From the NCBI RefSeq assembly GCF_002113885.1, contig NW_018408683.1, forward strand, positions 552,144 to 616,143: a DNA stretch of 64,000 nucleotides, in the 5' to 3' direction. Under the pieces are notes generated by a model, which was given only the letters and a program-made list of their open reading frames with translations, was not told the DNA's origin and did no database searches. Both the position numbers and the translations under genes were made by a program. Below are positions 37,070-49,024 of the stretch, one piece after another. The first letter of the stretch is position 1; every line of letters starts with the position of its first letter. The DNA is from Mizuhopecten yessoensis (taxonomy: Eukaryota).

Positions 37070-39173
37070 TTTGCCTTGATGGAATTTCTGCAAAATACCT
37101 TAGGATGTCCGCAGAGGTTGTGTCTGAGTCAATTACCAAATTATTAAACATATGTATTGCAAAGAATGTTTTCCCAGACCAATTTAAGCATGCTAAAGTC
37201 AATCCAATTTTTAAGAAAGGCGAAAAGAGCTCTGTAAGTAATTACAGACCCATATCTATTCTTCCAATTTTATCCAAACTCTTAGAAAAACATGTGCAGA
37301 CTACCTTTAATAAGTTTTTAAACCAACATAATCTAATCATTGAGAATCAATCAGGATTTCGAAATTTGCATTCATGTCAAACTGCTCTTACTGCACTTAC
37401 AAATAGATGGTATGAAGAATTGGACAAGGGAAACCTCATCGGTGTAATGTATATTGATTTTCGTAAGCCTTTTGACCTTGTTGGCCATAAGATATTACTC
37501 CAGAAAATGAAAATATATGGCTGCTCTGAAAATTCCATTATGTTTTTTACCTCATACCTTTCAAACACATTTCAGAAAGTATCTTTCAAAAGTACTTGAA
37601 GTGATGCCTGTGAAATTACAACTGGTGTACCTCAAGGTTCCATAATTGGGCCTTTGATGTTTTTATTACATGTCAATGATCTGCCACTCTGCTCAAAACA
37701 TTGTGAACTTTTTATGTATGAAGATGTTACTTCAATGCAAAAAGCAGACACAAATTTGGATGTTATCGAATCATGTCTACAAACGGATTTTAATCATGTA
37801 AAGAAATGGTGTGATGTTAACAAAATGGTCATAAATACTGATAAAACCAAAGTAATGTTAATTGGAAGTAAGCAAAAAAAAACATAGATTAAAGAAAAAT
37901 CTAAATATTATAGCTGAAAATTCAAACTTGGAAGTTGTGCAAAATGAATAACTGTTAGGCGTTCGTATCGATGACACCCTAACTTGGGAAAAACATGTAC
38001 AAGACGTCCTAAAGAAACTTAATTATAAAATTTATCAACTATGTAGAATAAAGAAATTCTTACCAGTATCGGCAAGAATCACTTTCCACAACTGTTTTAT
38101 ACTACCATATATTGACTTTTGCTCGAACGTTTGGGGACATTGCTCTCAAAAACTGGTACACAAACTTGAAAGAATTCAAAAACGAGCACTGCGGATTATA
38201 CTAGATGCCGACTATACTGTTCCCAGTTCTCAGCTGTTTGTAAAACTAAAATGGCTGCCTTTTACGTACAGAGTTGAATATAACGAATGTGTTCTGATGT
38301 TTAAAGTAATAAACAAGCTATGTCCAAATTACCTAGACTGCAATACTCTTGTGAGCAATGTCCATACTATCCAAACCAGGTCAGCTGCGGCAGGTAGATA
38401 TGTTGTACCCAAACACAAAACGGAAAAATTCAAAAGCTCTTTTAAATATAATGGACCGACACTCTGGAACAATTTGCCAACCACTGTCTCTAAATGCCAA
38501 TCACTAAACAGTTTTAAGTTCGAGTGCAAAAAACATCTCAATGTAATCTATAAAGACAAGTGTAAAGAAAATTAAAAATCTGCACCCCCTTTCCCTCCTG
38601 AAATATCTATCTGCTGTAGTACCTGGAATATGACACACGTGTATCTAAATGAAGTTTTAGAATTTATCTTAATTACTATTCCTAATGCCCTAATCAACAC
38701 TTTGGTATTAACTCACGCTACATTAGCGTATATTCTGTAATTTTTTACCCTTTGTCACAATGACATGTATGTATATTAGACGCATTATGCGTTTCTTAAA
38801 TCTTCTAAAATGCAGCATGAGAATTTATGCATTGCATGATATTTAGCCAACTTTTTATTTTCCAATACACGTGTGACATATTTTATTGTAAGCCTGTGTG
38901 ATATCACATACCAATATATCTGTGATATGTATTACGTAGTTTTGTTATTGGATACAGGATGCAAGAGTGTTTTTTTTCTTTTTGTTTTTGGTTTTAAAGA
39001 TAATACAATGTTTTATTACCTGTGATATGTAACTTAATTTCTTATTTTTGTACGTGTATGTCATATCCATGTTGTAAATATTGTACATTTTATGTCGACC
39101 ACATGTGAGACGAGTCATGGACTCAATGTGTTATCGAATTTAAATAAAGTCTATTATTATCATTATTATTATT
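37070..39173 (+). mobile_element. 5'-truncated CR1/L2-group LINE, RT domain with stops and frameshifts, 3' UTR and (att)n tail
   Basis: LDGISAKYL...AKVNPIFKKG...NYRPISILPILSKLLEK...QSGFR...IDFRKPFDLV; GVPQGSIIGP; MYEDV (decayed YADD); KTKVMLIG; SFKYNGPTLWNNLP; aataaa plus att repeats at 39143-39173. Confidence 0.88.
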
Positions 39174-40465
39174 TGGTAAAAATAAAACAGCACGATTTAG
39201 CTTTTTCCATTTTTTGTGATATCTAATTTATTTAAACATGTATGTACTGATATATAAAATGGTACCTACAATACTTGCATCAGTATACATTGTGATGTAT
39301 TGCCTTGACAAGCACACTTGGCTTTGTTTGGTACAGTATGATTCGACATGCGATGTTTCATTTAATGTTTAATATAGATATGAAAATGTATGCATCTCAT
39401 TGATTAATAACTTTGTGTGTCCGCCTATGATGTTCCAAAGTTTAAAGTCTTACTTTATTAATTTTGTAGTCCTGAGACATTTGAAGACAAAGGGTCCCAA
39501 TGATGTTAGAAGTTATTATTTTTCTTTTTCAATCTAGAGTGACTACCGGTTCTACGTTACGCTATTCACTAATGTATTATTTAGCTGACGTATATCGAAG
39601 GCGAATATTTCTAAAATTTGAAAAATGCAAAAATCAGAATTTCGCAGAATCATCGCCAATGCAGTTTTATCAGAGATTTACGTGACCTTGACTTTCAGAC
39701 AAACAACCAACTACAGTCGAGAGTATGTGGAAACGCAATAGAAGGAACTCATTCATTTTTACGGGCAGACCGGTTTGTCTACTTTTGAATATAAAGAATA
39801 TTAGCGATAAGGCTTTGGCGACATCGAAATGTTTGTGCAGACATTAAAATCATGTCAAGACTATCCAGAAAACATCCCTGGGTCGGTCCCTCTTTTGTAA
39901 ACAAAAATATTGTCCGACCGGTCAAACTGGTTTGAACGCGATAACTGAAAACGGCCTTAAGTGTTTTGGTTTGGTAGGAATGTGACATCTTGATAAAACC
40001 AAACACCTTACAACATGGATGTCTGCCCAATTACTCGCGTTAATATTGGTATAAGTAGAACAGAAATCCTGTTTCAAAATTTGTATCACGCTTTCATATA
40101 AACAATTTCATGTCGGTACTGAATAAGTTTTGAATTAAGTTTCCAACAGCTTAAGATATATTTGACAAATTAAGATGAAGCATGCTTCATTTATCTTGCA
40201 AATTAACAGTCAGTGTCATTTTTTCTCGTGCTACTGTTGCATTTATTATTTGTTAATTAATATCACAAAATGTTACAATATTTTAGTGATACAAAGATAT
40301 ATCAGGATAGTATGAAATAAAAGGTATGCTTAATTTTACTAGGGAATATCGATGGTATCATTGGCATGTTTTATTACAACGAAAAGGTATTCAAAATTAA
40401 TATCAAAAGGTGTATCATAGCGCCCCTGTCGGCGGTGTATAGGTGCAGGTTATGTCGGTAAACCC

Positions 40466-40969
40466 TCTTATCTGTAATTTATATTGGGGGTAATCTTTAT
40501 CTGTATTCTATATTGGGGGTAACCTTTATCTGTATTCTATATTGGGGTAACCTTTATCAGTATTCTATATTAGGGGTAACCTCTATCTGTATTCTATATT
40601 GGGGGTAACCTTTATCTGTATTCTATATTGGGGGTAACCTTTATCTGAATTATATATTGGGGGTAACCTTTATCTGTATTCTATATTGGGGTAACCTTTA
40701 TCTGTATTCTATATTGGGGGTAACCTTTATCTGTAATCTATATTGGGGGTAACCTTTATCTGTATTCTATAATGGGGAGTAACCTTTATCTGTATTCTAT
40801 ATTGGGGTAACCTTTATCTGTAATCTATGTTGGGGGTAACCTTTATCTGTATTCTATATTGGGGGTTACCTTTATTTTATCTGTATTCTATATTGGGGGT
40901 TACCTTTATCTTATCTGTATTCTATATTGGGGGTAACCTTTATCTGTATTCTATATTGGGGGTAACCTT
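40466..40969. repeat. Minisatellite, ~29-bp unit (ctttatctgtattctatattgggggtaac), about 17 copies
   Basis: Direct tandem repeat. Confidence 0.95.
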
Positions 40970-41279
40970 TGAAAGCAGAATCTAGAACCAAACATTGCGG
41001 TTATCAGTTTACATTATCGGGTTAACATTTTGTATACATAATTAGGATAGGATGTACGGGTAAGTATCACTATCCCTAATATAATTGACAAAGTGATGAA
41101 TACTACCTCGCACGTCATAGTTGTGAAAGATAGGATCCCATTTAATGTGTTAAAATGCAATTTGATAATATTTCAAAATAAAATCAATGTCATTAAAGCA
41201 TCATTATTGTGTGCCGCTGTCGCTGAGTACTAGATGGTCTTCAAGAGCTGTCCCACATCAGCACCCCGAACCTGGTATG

Positions 41280-41875
41280 CCTGGACGACAGGCTTTCATT
41301 GGCATTAAATCTTTAGTGGACATTTTTCATGACGCATTGGCAGTTCGTACCATGGAAACAACATGAACGCCCATCACTCATATTGACGCTTCCATAATCC
41401 CGGTTAATGATGATTTACAAAACATACGTCTCTCGGATACGTCATCAGATATGATTCCCCCTGCTATTGCCAAAATGAAAAAATACAATATCTGATTATT
41501 GATAACATTAGCATAACGTCAGTGTCCGGATCAGACTTGAAAGGTCTGACCATGATAACTAGTATTGGAATTATTAACGCACCCCTGAATTCCTTTTCTG
41601 AGGACGCTTTAAGAGATACGTGCAACCTTCAGGGCCTCTTTCTGCGTTACACAAACTTGACGACGATATCCAAGGCAATCAATGGACTCAAAATCGCCGT
41701 TATGTCGACTCGGAAGGCTGCTGCCTTGTTTGTATTCTTTGGATTATTTGTTAATGTTCTAGTTTGGGTTGGCTAAAGCATCGGGAGGTTACCTCTTCCC
41801 AGTTGGTGTATGTGATATTTTGCAGTATGTCAGTATAGATGCCAGCTACAGAGCCGAGGTACCAAAATGTACAGA
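41280..41875 (+). pseudogene. Highly decayed LRR paralog remnant (C-terminal half)
   Basis: AFIGIKSL, IPPAIAKMK, SVSGSDLKGLTMITSIGIINAPLNSFSEDALRDTCNLQGLFLRYTNLTTISKAINGLK and RAEVPKC align with the C-terminal repeats and end of paralogs B/C/D. Confidence 0.7.
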
Positions 41876-42810
41876 TGATAGTTCTATTTTATGCTATATT
41901 TTTCTATGTTTTCCTGTCTTAAATAGAAAATTCAACATTACGGTATGTTAATGTTTTGACGTAACATTTTGATAAAGAGTTACCACTACGTCACGTTATG
42001 ATATAAAGTTACACCATCACCAGACATTATGACGAACGTTGGTTCCTGAATGCACAATTTGTAATTGAAGATATGATAATTTAAACACTATTTCGTCATA
42101 AAAACTACCAAACGACCAATACTTTGCTCATTTCATTTCAGGGAGTGCACCATTAATGTTATAAACAGCCGTTTCATTTATATATATATACTATTTCATA
42201 TGTATACAATTTGTCGCGCAGGAAAGAAGGCCAGATGCGTACGGACACAGTGCCAGGAGATCTTCGCTGATATGTAGTGGCAAAATACATATTGAATATT
42301 AGCAAAAAACATCTCCAAAATTAGAAAAACCTGCAGTAGGTAAGAGATAATCAATTGATAATTACATTATCGCTATGGTAGGATTACCAGCAATAATTCC
42401 CCATGTAAGAAAAACAGCATTTTTTTATCAAGAAAACGAATGATAATTCAGGGGCGGAAACAAAAAATTCGGGATGAGATGGAATGGGCAAAAAACGAAA
42501 GAAGGATATTGGCAGACTGGAATAATTCTTGAAGCTCCTATACTCTTGCACCAGATATAAAATTTGTGTTTGAGAAAGACACAAATGGAGTCGATCAATC
42601 AGTAGAAGGGTACAGGAAAAGTCTATCCCGAGGTATACAATAAAGAAATCCAAACTAGGCTGCCAATGTCCTGACTCGAAATAGTACAAAAGGAGACACT
42701 TCAGAACTAGTATTACGTTGTTGTCTCTCTGCAAATGGCTACACCACAAGGAACAAGTTATCAAATAAAAGAAATACTTTTTCGAAATGCTACATCAAGT
42801 CATGGAACTA

Positions 42811-43176
42811 CGGAGGTACATTCAGGAAAAGTACAGCGTTATTTTCTATATCAACTTTATCTCGAGTGCGTGATATATTATGTTGATCACTTTAGTTATT
42901 ATCTTCAACGCTCGACTTATTAGCTCGAGTGCTCGACATAACATCTCGAGTTCGACTTTGACTTGACGTATGAATTGCTTGATAATTACAAAACAGTACT
43001 ATTATAAAGCGATGTATACGTGAAGTATCATTTGAGAGCTCGAGATATTATGTCGGGTGCGCAGGACGTTATATTGAGCGCTCGAGATAAGAAGTTTATT
43101 GGTCGAAATAATACGTCGAGCGTTACAGATAATTAATGTATAATATACTATTGAGCATGTCCTCAATGTACCACCG
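42811..43176. mobile_element. MITE with short TIRs and internal ctcgag/ctcgac repeats, upstream of paralog C
   Basis: ta|cggaggtacatt ... aatgtaccaccg|ca; a remnant is present at the homologous position upstream of D (~46440-46505). Confidence 0.55.
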
Positions 43177-43311
43177 CATTTTATTTCTAAATTGACTAAT
43201 TAAAATAGTTAAATCTGTAATACGCTTTCCGTTAATGTAAACATACAGTTCAAGAGATAAGATATTGGAGTTCATAGGAGTCACAACTTAGTTGATAAGC
43301 TCCTTGTAAAG

Positions 43312-43347
43312 ATGGCTATGAATGGAACATATGTCTACATAATAACG
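43312..43347 (+). CDS. LRR paralog C exon 1 (MAMNGTYVYIIT)
   Basis: ATG, 12 codons, donor gtaaga; homologous exons upstream of D and F. Confidence 0.85.
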
Positions 43348-43698
43348 GTAAGATGGTGATCTACATACATTTTATACTTTGAAAAGAAAGCATTATGACG
43401 GGTGTCTGATATGGTTTAGGAAACGCTTACAATTTGAAAACATCTGTTTATCCCTTCAGGTTGTTCTGTGTTCCGTTTGTTGTCGATCCTAGCCTGTTGA
43501 CTGTTTCATTGTATATAGAAACTTACGGTAACCATCCGTTCGTCAATTTCAGCTTTTCGGGTAAATTGTGGTTGTCGTTCCCAATCTCTGGTAGAGTTGA
43601 TATATGGNGGGGGGGGGAGGGGGTGATACATCTACTTTTACGTTATAACATCGAACTATTTTGCCCAGTGTTGTTACATTTTGTAATGTTCTCTGCAG

Positions 43699-45033
43699 CT
43701 GTTGCTGACCAGTGGCAGACAGGGTACCTCTGTCTCTGTACCAGACGACCCCCGTCCTTGCCCGGTAAATGCTCCCTGCCGCTGTGACTTCAGTACAATA
43801 ATGTGTAATAATCTCACTGTGACAGAGATTCCAACGTTCACAAAGGTCAACGCGACATGGAAATGCTGGACACTCAACATGAATTACAATTACAATATTA
43901 AAACGATTCCGTCTGGAGCTTTCAGTAACATTCCCTTCTGTTCCCTTCAAATTGGTCATAATGGCTTTGAAATAATAGAAGATGGGGCACTGACTGGGTC
44001 GGAATCTTATCTTGATTCCGTTTTTATGCAGTTCAATAATTTCAAGGAACTTCCGAATGAAATTGCACGAATGCCGAACATCACAATGCTAAGTATCCAT
44101 GACAACCCGATAAACAATCTCCCAGAAACCATGGCATTCGCCTCAACTCTTCAATTTCTGGATATTGGCTCACCAGCAATGATAACATGGCCGTATTCTA
44201 TTAGATATCTGAAATCTGTTTGGAGCTTATCAATGTATAAGTTGCCGATGTCTGGTCTACCTCTAGATGCATTTGAAGGTTTGGAAGACTCAATTCAGTC
44301 TGTGTCGTTTTCTGCAACAAAATTTAAGAGTATTCCGAAAGCACTAAAAACGCTTCGGAAAATGACTGACCTATCTTTTATGGATGATGTTGAATTAGCA
44401 TGCGAAGGAATACCTGATGACGCGTTCCGTGGCATGGACTCACTTACAGATATTTACATAAGCAACAGCAGCATATCAAGCGTTCCGAATTTGTCGGATA
44501 TCCCAACACTTTCCCATTTATACTTGACTAATTCCCCAGTTACAACATGGGATCCAACTACATTGCCAGATCAGCCACTCCTACAATCAGTAAGTCTCGC
44601 TAACACAGATTTCGATCACATTCCGACCGTTGTACGCCGTATTAAAAGTCTGTATCAGTTAACACTAGACAATACCAAAGTATCCCATATTGGACCAGGT
44701 GACCTGGCAGGTCTTCAGAAACTACAATTCCTTAGTCTGATTCAAACGCCGTTGGTCAATATATCTATGGACGCCTTTAACGAGACATACACTCTGCAAG
44801 GTCTGAATTTGGATTACACAAAACTCTCAGGATTCCCTAGAGCCATTGAACGACTTCCGGCTCTGAGGTTTGTGAGTTTACAAAACGTCACAATTGAATG
44901 TTCATGCGCAGAACTTGGCTGGATGAAGACTTGGATCGGCATTAAACAATTGATGGATGGTGGCGGGCAGTGTCATAACAAGCACATGTATTTGACGGAT
45001 TATATACGCACTGAGGTACCAAAGTGTCCCTGA
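43699..45033 (+). CDS. Secreted LRR-only protein paralog C exon 2; full protein 456 aa
   Basis: Acceptor ttctctgcag|; CPVNAPCRC..IMC LRRNT; LRRs; IECSCAELGWM..GQC..EVPKCP*; AATAAA at 45062. Confidence 0.92.
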   Translation: MLLTSGRQGTSVSVPDDPRPCPVNAPCRCDFSTIMCNNLTVTEIPTFTKVNATWKCWTLNMNYNYNIKTIPSGAFSNIPFCSLQIGHNGFEIIEDGALTGSESYLDSVFMQFNNFKELPNEIARMPNITMLSIHDNPINNLPETMAFASTLQFLDIGSPAMITWPYSIRYLKSVWSLSMYKLPMSGLPLDAFEGLEDSIQSVSFSATKFKSIPKALKTLRKMTDLSFMDDVELACEGIPDDAFRGMDSLTDIYISNSSISSVPNLSDIPTLSHLYLTNSPVTTWDPTTLPDQPLLQSVSLANTDFDHIPTVVRRIKSLYQLTLDNTKVSHIGPGDLAGLQKLQFLSLIQTPLVNISMDAFNETYTLQGLNLDYTKLSGFPRAIERLPALRFVSLQNVTIECSCAELGWMKTWIGIKQLMDGGGQCHNKHMYLTDYIRTEVPKCP

Positions 45034-45869
45034 AAGATTGTGCTCTTGCTATTTATCATTCAATAAAACATCGTTTTTGAAAAAGTATTAAGAGTTTTGT
45101 CAATTTGATATAATAGTATTCAATTAAACTTCCAAGGATAAATCCACAAGAAAAATGAAGAACCATTGCATATGATTCATTGCGCATTGGCCGATAAATT
45201 TAAGTATTACAACATTATTGAATTGTTTAAAACAGTGTGTTATGTCTACTTTGTCTATGACAATTTGATAAGATGAATAAAAGACCTATCTAATGAAAAT
45301 AAAAATAATTCCTATTGAAAATAGATTTTGTGACATTACAAAAGCAAGATAAAATAGAGAGAAAGAAAGAGAGAAACTGACGGACAGAAAGACAAACACA
45401 AAAAGAGAATCTGGCACAGAAATATAAAAGATTTGTGTACCCTTATATCTGCATTTAAATAGTTTTTCTTGTGTATATAATGCCTAGTTACTGTATACTT
45501 ATTTCAATACAATGAAACTATAATAAAAATAAATTCCAATATTGACTAGTAGTCGATATTGGTTAAAACGATATTGCAAAAATAACCAGAACTACTTGTG
45601 ATCGAAAGGAGGTAAGGAAGAGAATACGGGTGTTCGCTGGGACTCGAACCTGCGATCCCAGACATCGTAGTTGGGCGGTCTAGTTCTGTCCTAAAAGAAC
45701 ATTTCCTTTAGATGAGGCTAGTATGAAGACTTAGACACTATGTACAATGTACATTCCTTTCGTTACCAATAAGATCCAGTTCTGCCGGTATAACGTTCTA
45801 TTTGTATTGGAAATATCAATCTCTTGTTTTAGAATTATACAAAGGGAATCAATCATTCAGTAGGTATAA

Positions 45870-46318
45870 GAATATTCTTTCTCTTACCCTGGACAGGGAT
45901 ATCCACCATTTAACCGGTGTGAGATTTTCTTATCTCGCCCAAGGGTTTAGACAAGCTACAGTGCGCAGGACGTTATATTGAACAATTGTATGACGTCATA
46001 GCAACAATACCATGACGTCACGGCAACAATACCATGACGTCACGGCAACAATACAATGACGTCACGTCGACAATTCAGCCGCATCACATCAACATTGTCT
46101 TGCATTGATGTAACGTCTATGTAAAATACAAGGATAAACAGTGTAAGAGAAAAATAATCATTCACCCCCTTGGGAGTGAGACAGGGCGATCTCAACCCTC
46201 GGGGTAAGATTCTTAAGCTGTCAAACACTCGGCAAGCCTCGTGTTTGGCAACTTAAGAATCTTACCCCTCGGGTTGAGATAACCCTGTCTCATCCCCAAG
46301 AGGGTGAATGATTCTATT
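45870..46318. mobile_element. Non-autonomous palindromic element (hairpin 46156-46313, loop ctcggcaagcctcg)
   Basis: Long inverted arms; internal atgacgtcacggcaacaatac tandem repeats; absent from the homologous region upstream of paralog C (~42600-42630). Confidence 0.7.
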
Positions 46319-46782
46319 AATCCCGAGGAATACAATTAAGAAATGCAAACAATGCTTCCAAATGTCCTGACACTAAGAAGTAGAGGCTTGAGAATGGTAA
46401 TTACGCTGTGGTCTCACTGCAAATGGTGTTTCGTTTCACTGTGGTACATTTAGGACATACACAATATTATTTTCTACATCAATTATCTCGAGCGCTCGAC
46501 ATATTATGTCCAAATATACTACACCAGGAGAGACTGCAGAAGTGACAAGGTCGTGCCAACAGAGATACTATAAAGAATAGAGTTGTTGTATCAAACATGA
46601 AATACAATAGGTAGTTTTAAAAATACTGCAAATAGTCTATGTCATTCGACAACAGCTGATTAAAATGGAACTATCGATAATATTCTTGTTACACTATTTT
46701 CCTCGAAGTAAACATACAGTTCAAGAGATAAGATATTGGAGTTCATAGGAGTCACAACCTCGTTGATAAGCTCCTTGTAAAG

Positions 46783-46818
46783 ATGGATATGGACGGAATA
46801 TACGTCTACATAATTATG
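46783..46818 (+). CDS. LRR paralog D exon 1 (MDMDGIYVYIIM)
   Basis: ATG, 12 codons, donor gtaagg; 5' UTR nearly identical to that of C. Confidence 0.85.
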
Positions 46819-47689
46819 GTAAGGTGGTTCTCAAAATATTTTTACGTTTTAAATAGAAAACATTATGACGGGTGTCGCATGTTGTTTGGGATACACAACG
46901 CCAACTGCACAGTTTTGCATCTAGAGTATGATTATATACGCACAAAGAGATAATAAAAACAGCTCGGTCGCATTGTGAATAAGATTTGCTTCCAATGAAA
47001 TGCCTAAAGTTCCAAGTAATAGACTATGGCAACGTTATATAACCATAAATACAAAATATCTTTTGTAAAAAATGTATTGTGCGAGTAAGAAAGTCAATGG
47101 CGTTCAGATATGGTGTCAAGAGATTATCTTGAATTTCTAGTAATAAAATGAATATTGAGAATATTTTTTTTTTAAATTAATAGGTAGTTTTAAAAATACT
47201 GCAAATAGTCTATGTCATTCGACAACAGCTGATTAAAATGGAACTATCGATAATAGGTGAAATCTGTAGCAGTTAATGTAGAAACACATGTTATTCACTA
47301 CATCTTTGTTGCATGACAGTTAAACATTACTGCTCATTTAAGAAGAAATATTGAATTAATATTAAGAGGAAAAATGAAATTCAGATGTGAGCAGACTATT
47401 TGGGAGGAGAGTGCAAAAGGGAAAAAATGACTGAATGAGAGATTACTTGAAGCCCCAATACACTTTTGTAAATACTTACTGTTTTACCACTGTAAATGTG
47501 TTCAACACAAAGATTTGATTTATATTGCAAATTAGAGATTTTTTTAGCAAAACAATATGGACGCCTTTCTAGAGATAAAATGGCTTAATTAAGTGAATTA
47601 CCAAATGAAACATGGAAAGAATTGCTTAAAAATAGGAAAATAATACCTCATAATTTACTTACATTGTAATTTGACATTATATGTTGCAG

Positions 47690-49024
47690 CTGCTGCTAAC
47701 CAATGGCATACAGGGTACCTCTCTCCCTGTACCAGAAGATCCCAGCCCTTGCCCGGTGAGAGCTCCGTGTAGTTGCAATTTCAATAAAGTGTTTTGTAAT
47801 AATCTAACTCAGACAGAGATCCCGACCTTCACCAAGGTCAACGCTACTTGGAAGTGCTGGGAGCTCAACATGAACTACAATTATAATATTAAAACGATTC
47901 CGTCTGGAGCTTTCGATAACATCCCCTTTTGTTCCCTTCAAATTGGTCATAATGGCTTTGAAACTATAAAAGATGGGGCACTGGCCGGATCGGAACCGTA
48001 TCTTGATTCCGTTTTTATGCAGTACAATAATTTTAAGGATCTTCCGAATGAAATTGCGCGAATGCCAAACATCACCATGCTTAGTATCCATGACAACCCA
48101 ATAAATTCCCTTCCGCAGACCATGGCATTCGCTTCAACTCTTGAGTTTCTCGATATTGGCTCATCAGCAATGACAACATGGCCGAATTCAATTGGAACTC
48201 TGAAATCTGTTTCGAGCTTGACAATATATAAATTAACGATGTCTGATCTACCTGTAAATGCATTTGAAGGTTTAGAGGACTCTATTCAGTTGCTGTGGTT
48301 TACTGCAACAAAATTCAAGGGTATTCCGAAAGCATTGAGGAGACTCCGAAAGGTTACTGATCTGGCTTTCGAAGATAATGTTGAATTGACTTCCGAAGGA
48401 ATCACTGATGACGCATTCATTGGCATGGACTCACTAAGAGATATTGACATAAAAAACAGTAGCCTTTCAAGAGTTCCGAATCTGTCCAAAATCCCTGCAA
48501 TTTCCTCTCTATCCCTTACTAACTCACCAATTGCATCTTGGGATTCCAATACATTGCCTGAACAACCAATCATACAATCAGTAAGTCTCACTAACACGGA
48601 TTTAGATCACATTCCGGCCGTTGTGCGACGCATCAGAAGTATTTTTCAATTAACACTTCAAAATACTAAAGTATCCCATATTGGACCGGGTGACCTAGCA
48701 GGTCTTCAGAAGTTACAGTACCTTAGTCTGAGTCAAACTCCTTTGGTTAGTATATCAATGGACGCTTTTAACGATACATCAAGTCTCCAAGGTCTTTATC
48801 TAGATAACACAAAACTCTCAGGATTTCCTAGAGCTATAGAACGACTTCCAGCTCTGAGGTTTGTGAGTTTACAGAATGTCACCATTGAATGTTCATGCGC
48901 AGAGCTTGGCTGGATGAAGACTTGGATCGGTATTAAGCAATTCCTGGGTGGTGATGGGCAGTGCCACAACATACGCATGGAGTTTATAGAATATGTACAC
49001 AATGAGGTACCCAAATGTCCTTGA
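47690..49024 (+). CDS. Secreted LRR-only protein paralog D exon 2; full protein 456 aa
   Basis: Acceptor atatgttgcag|; colinear and same length as C; ends EVPKCP*. Confidence 0.92.
   Translation: MLLTNGIQGTSLPVPEDPSPCPVRAPCSCNFNKVFCNNLTQTEIPTFTKVNATWKCWELNMNYNYNIKTIPSGAFDNIPFCSLQIGHNGFETIKDGALAGSEPYLDSVFMQYNNFKDLPNEIARMPNITMLSIHDNPINSLPQTMAFASTLEFLDIGSSAMTTWPNSIGTLKSVSSLTIYKLTMSDLPVNAFEGLEDSIQLLWFTATKFKGIPKALRRLRKVTDLAFEDNVELTSEGITDDAFIGMDSLRDIDIKNSSLSRVPNLSKIPAISSLSLTNSPIASWDSNTLPEQPIIQSVSLTNTDLDHIPAVVRRIRSIFQLTLQNTKVSHIGPGDLAGLQKLQYLSLSQTPLVSISMDAFNDTSSLQGLYLDNTKLSGFPRAIERLPALRFVSLQNVTIECSCAELGWMKTWIGIKQFLGGDGQCHNIRMEFIEYVHNEVPKCP

Noticed and set aside
43699-49024. Calling the LRR genes Toll-like receptors, chaoptin, slit or VLR orthologs
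   Set aside because: No TM/TIR, EGF or GPI stalk, and stops follow LRRCT directly; similarity is at fold level only, so no gene symbol was assigned
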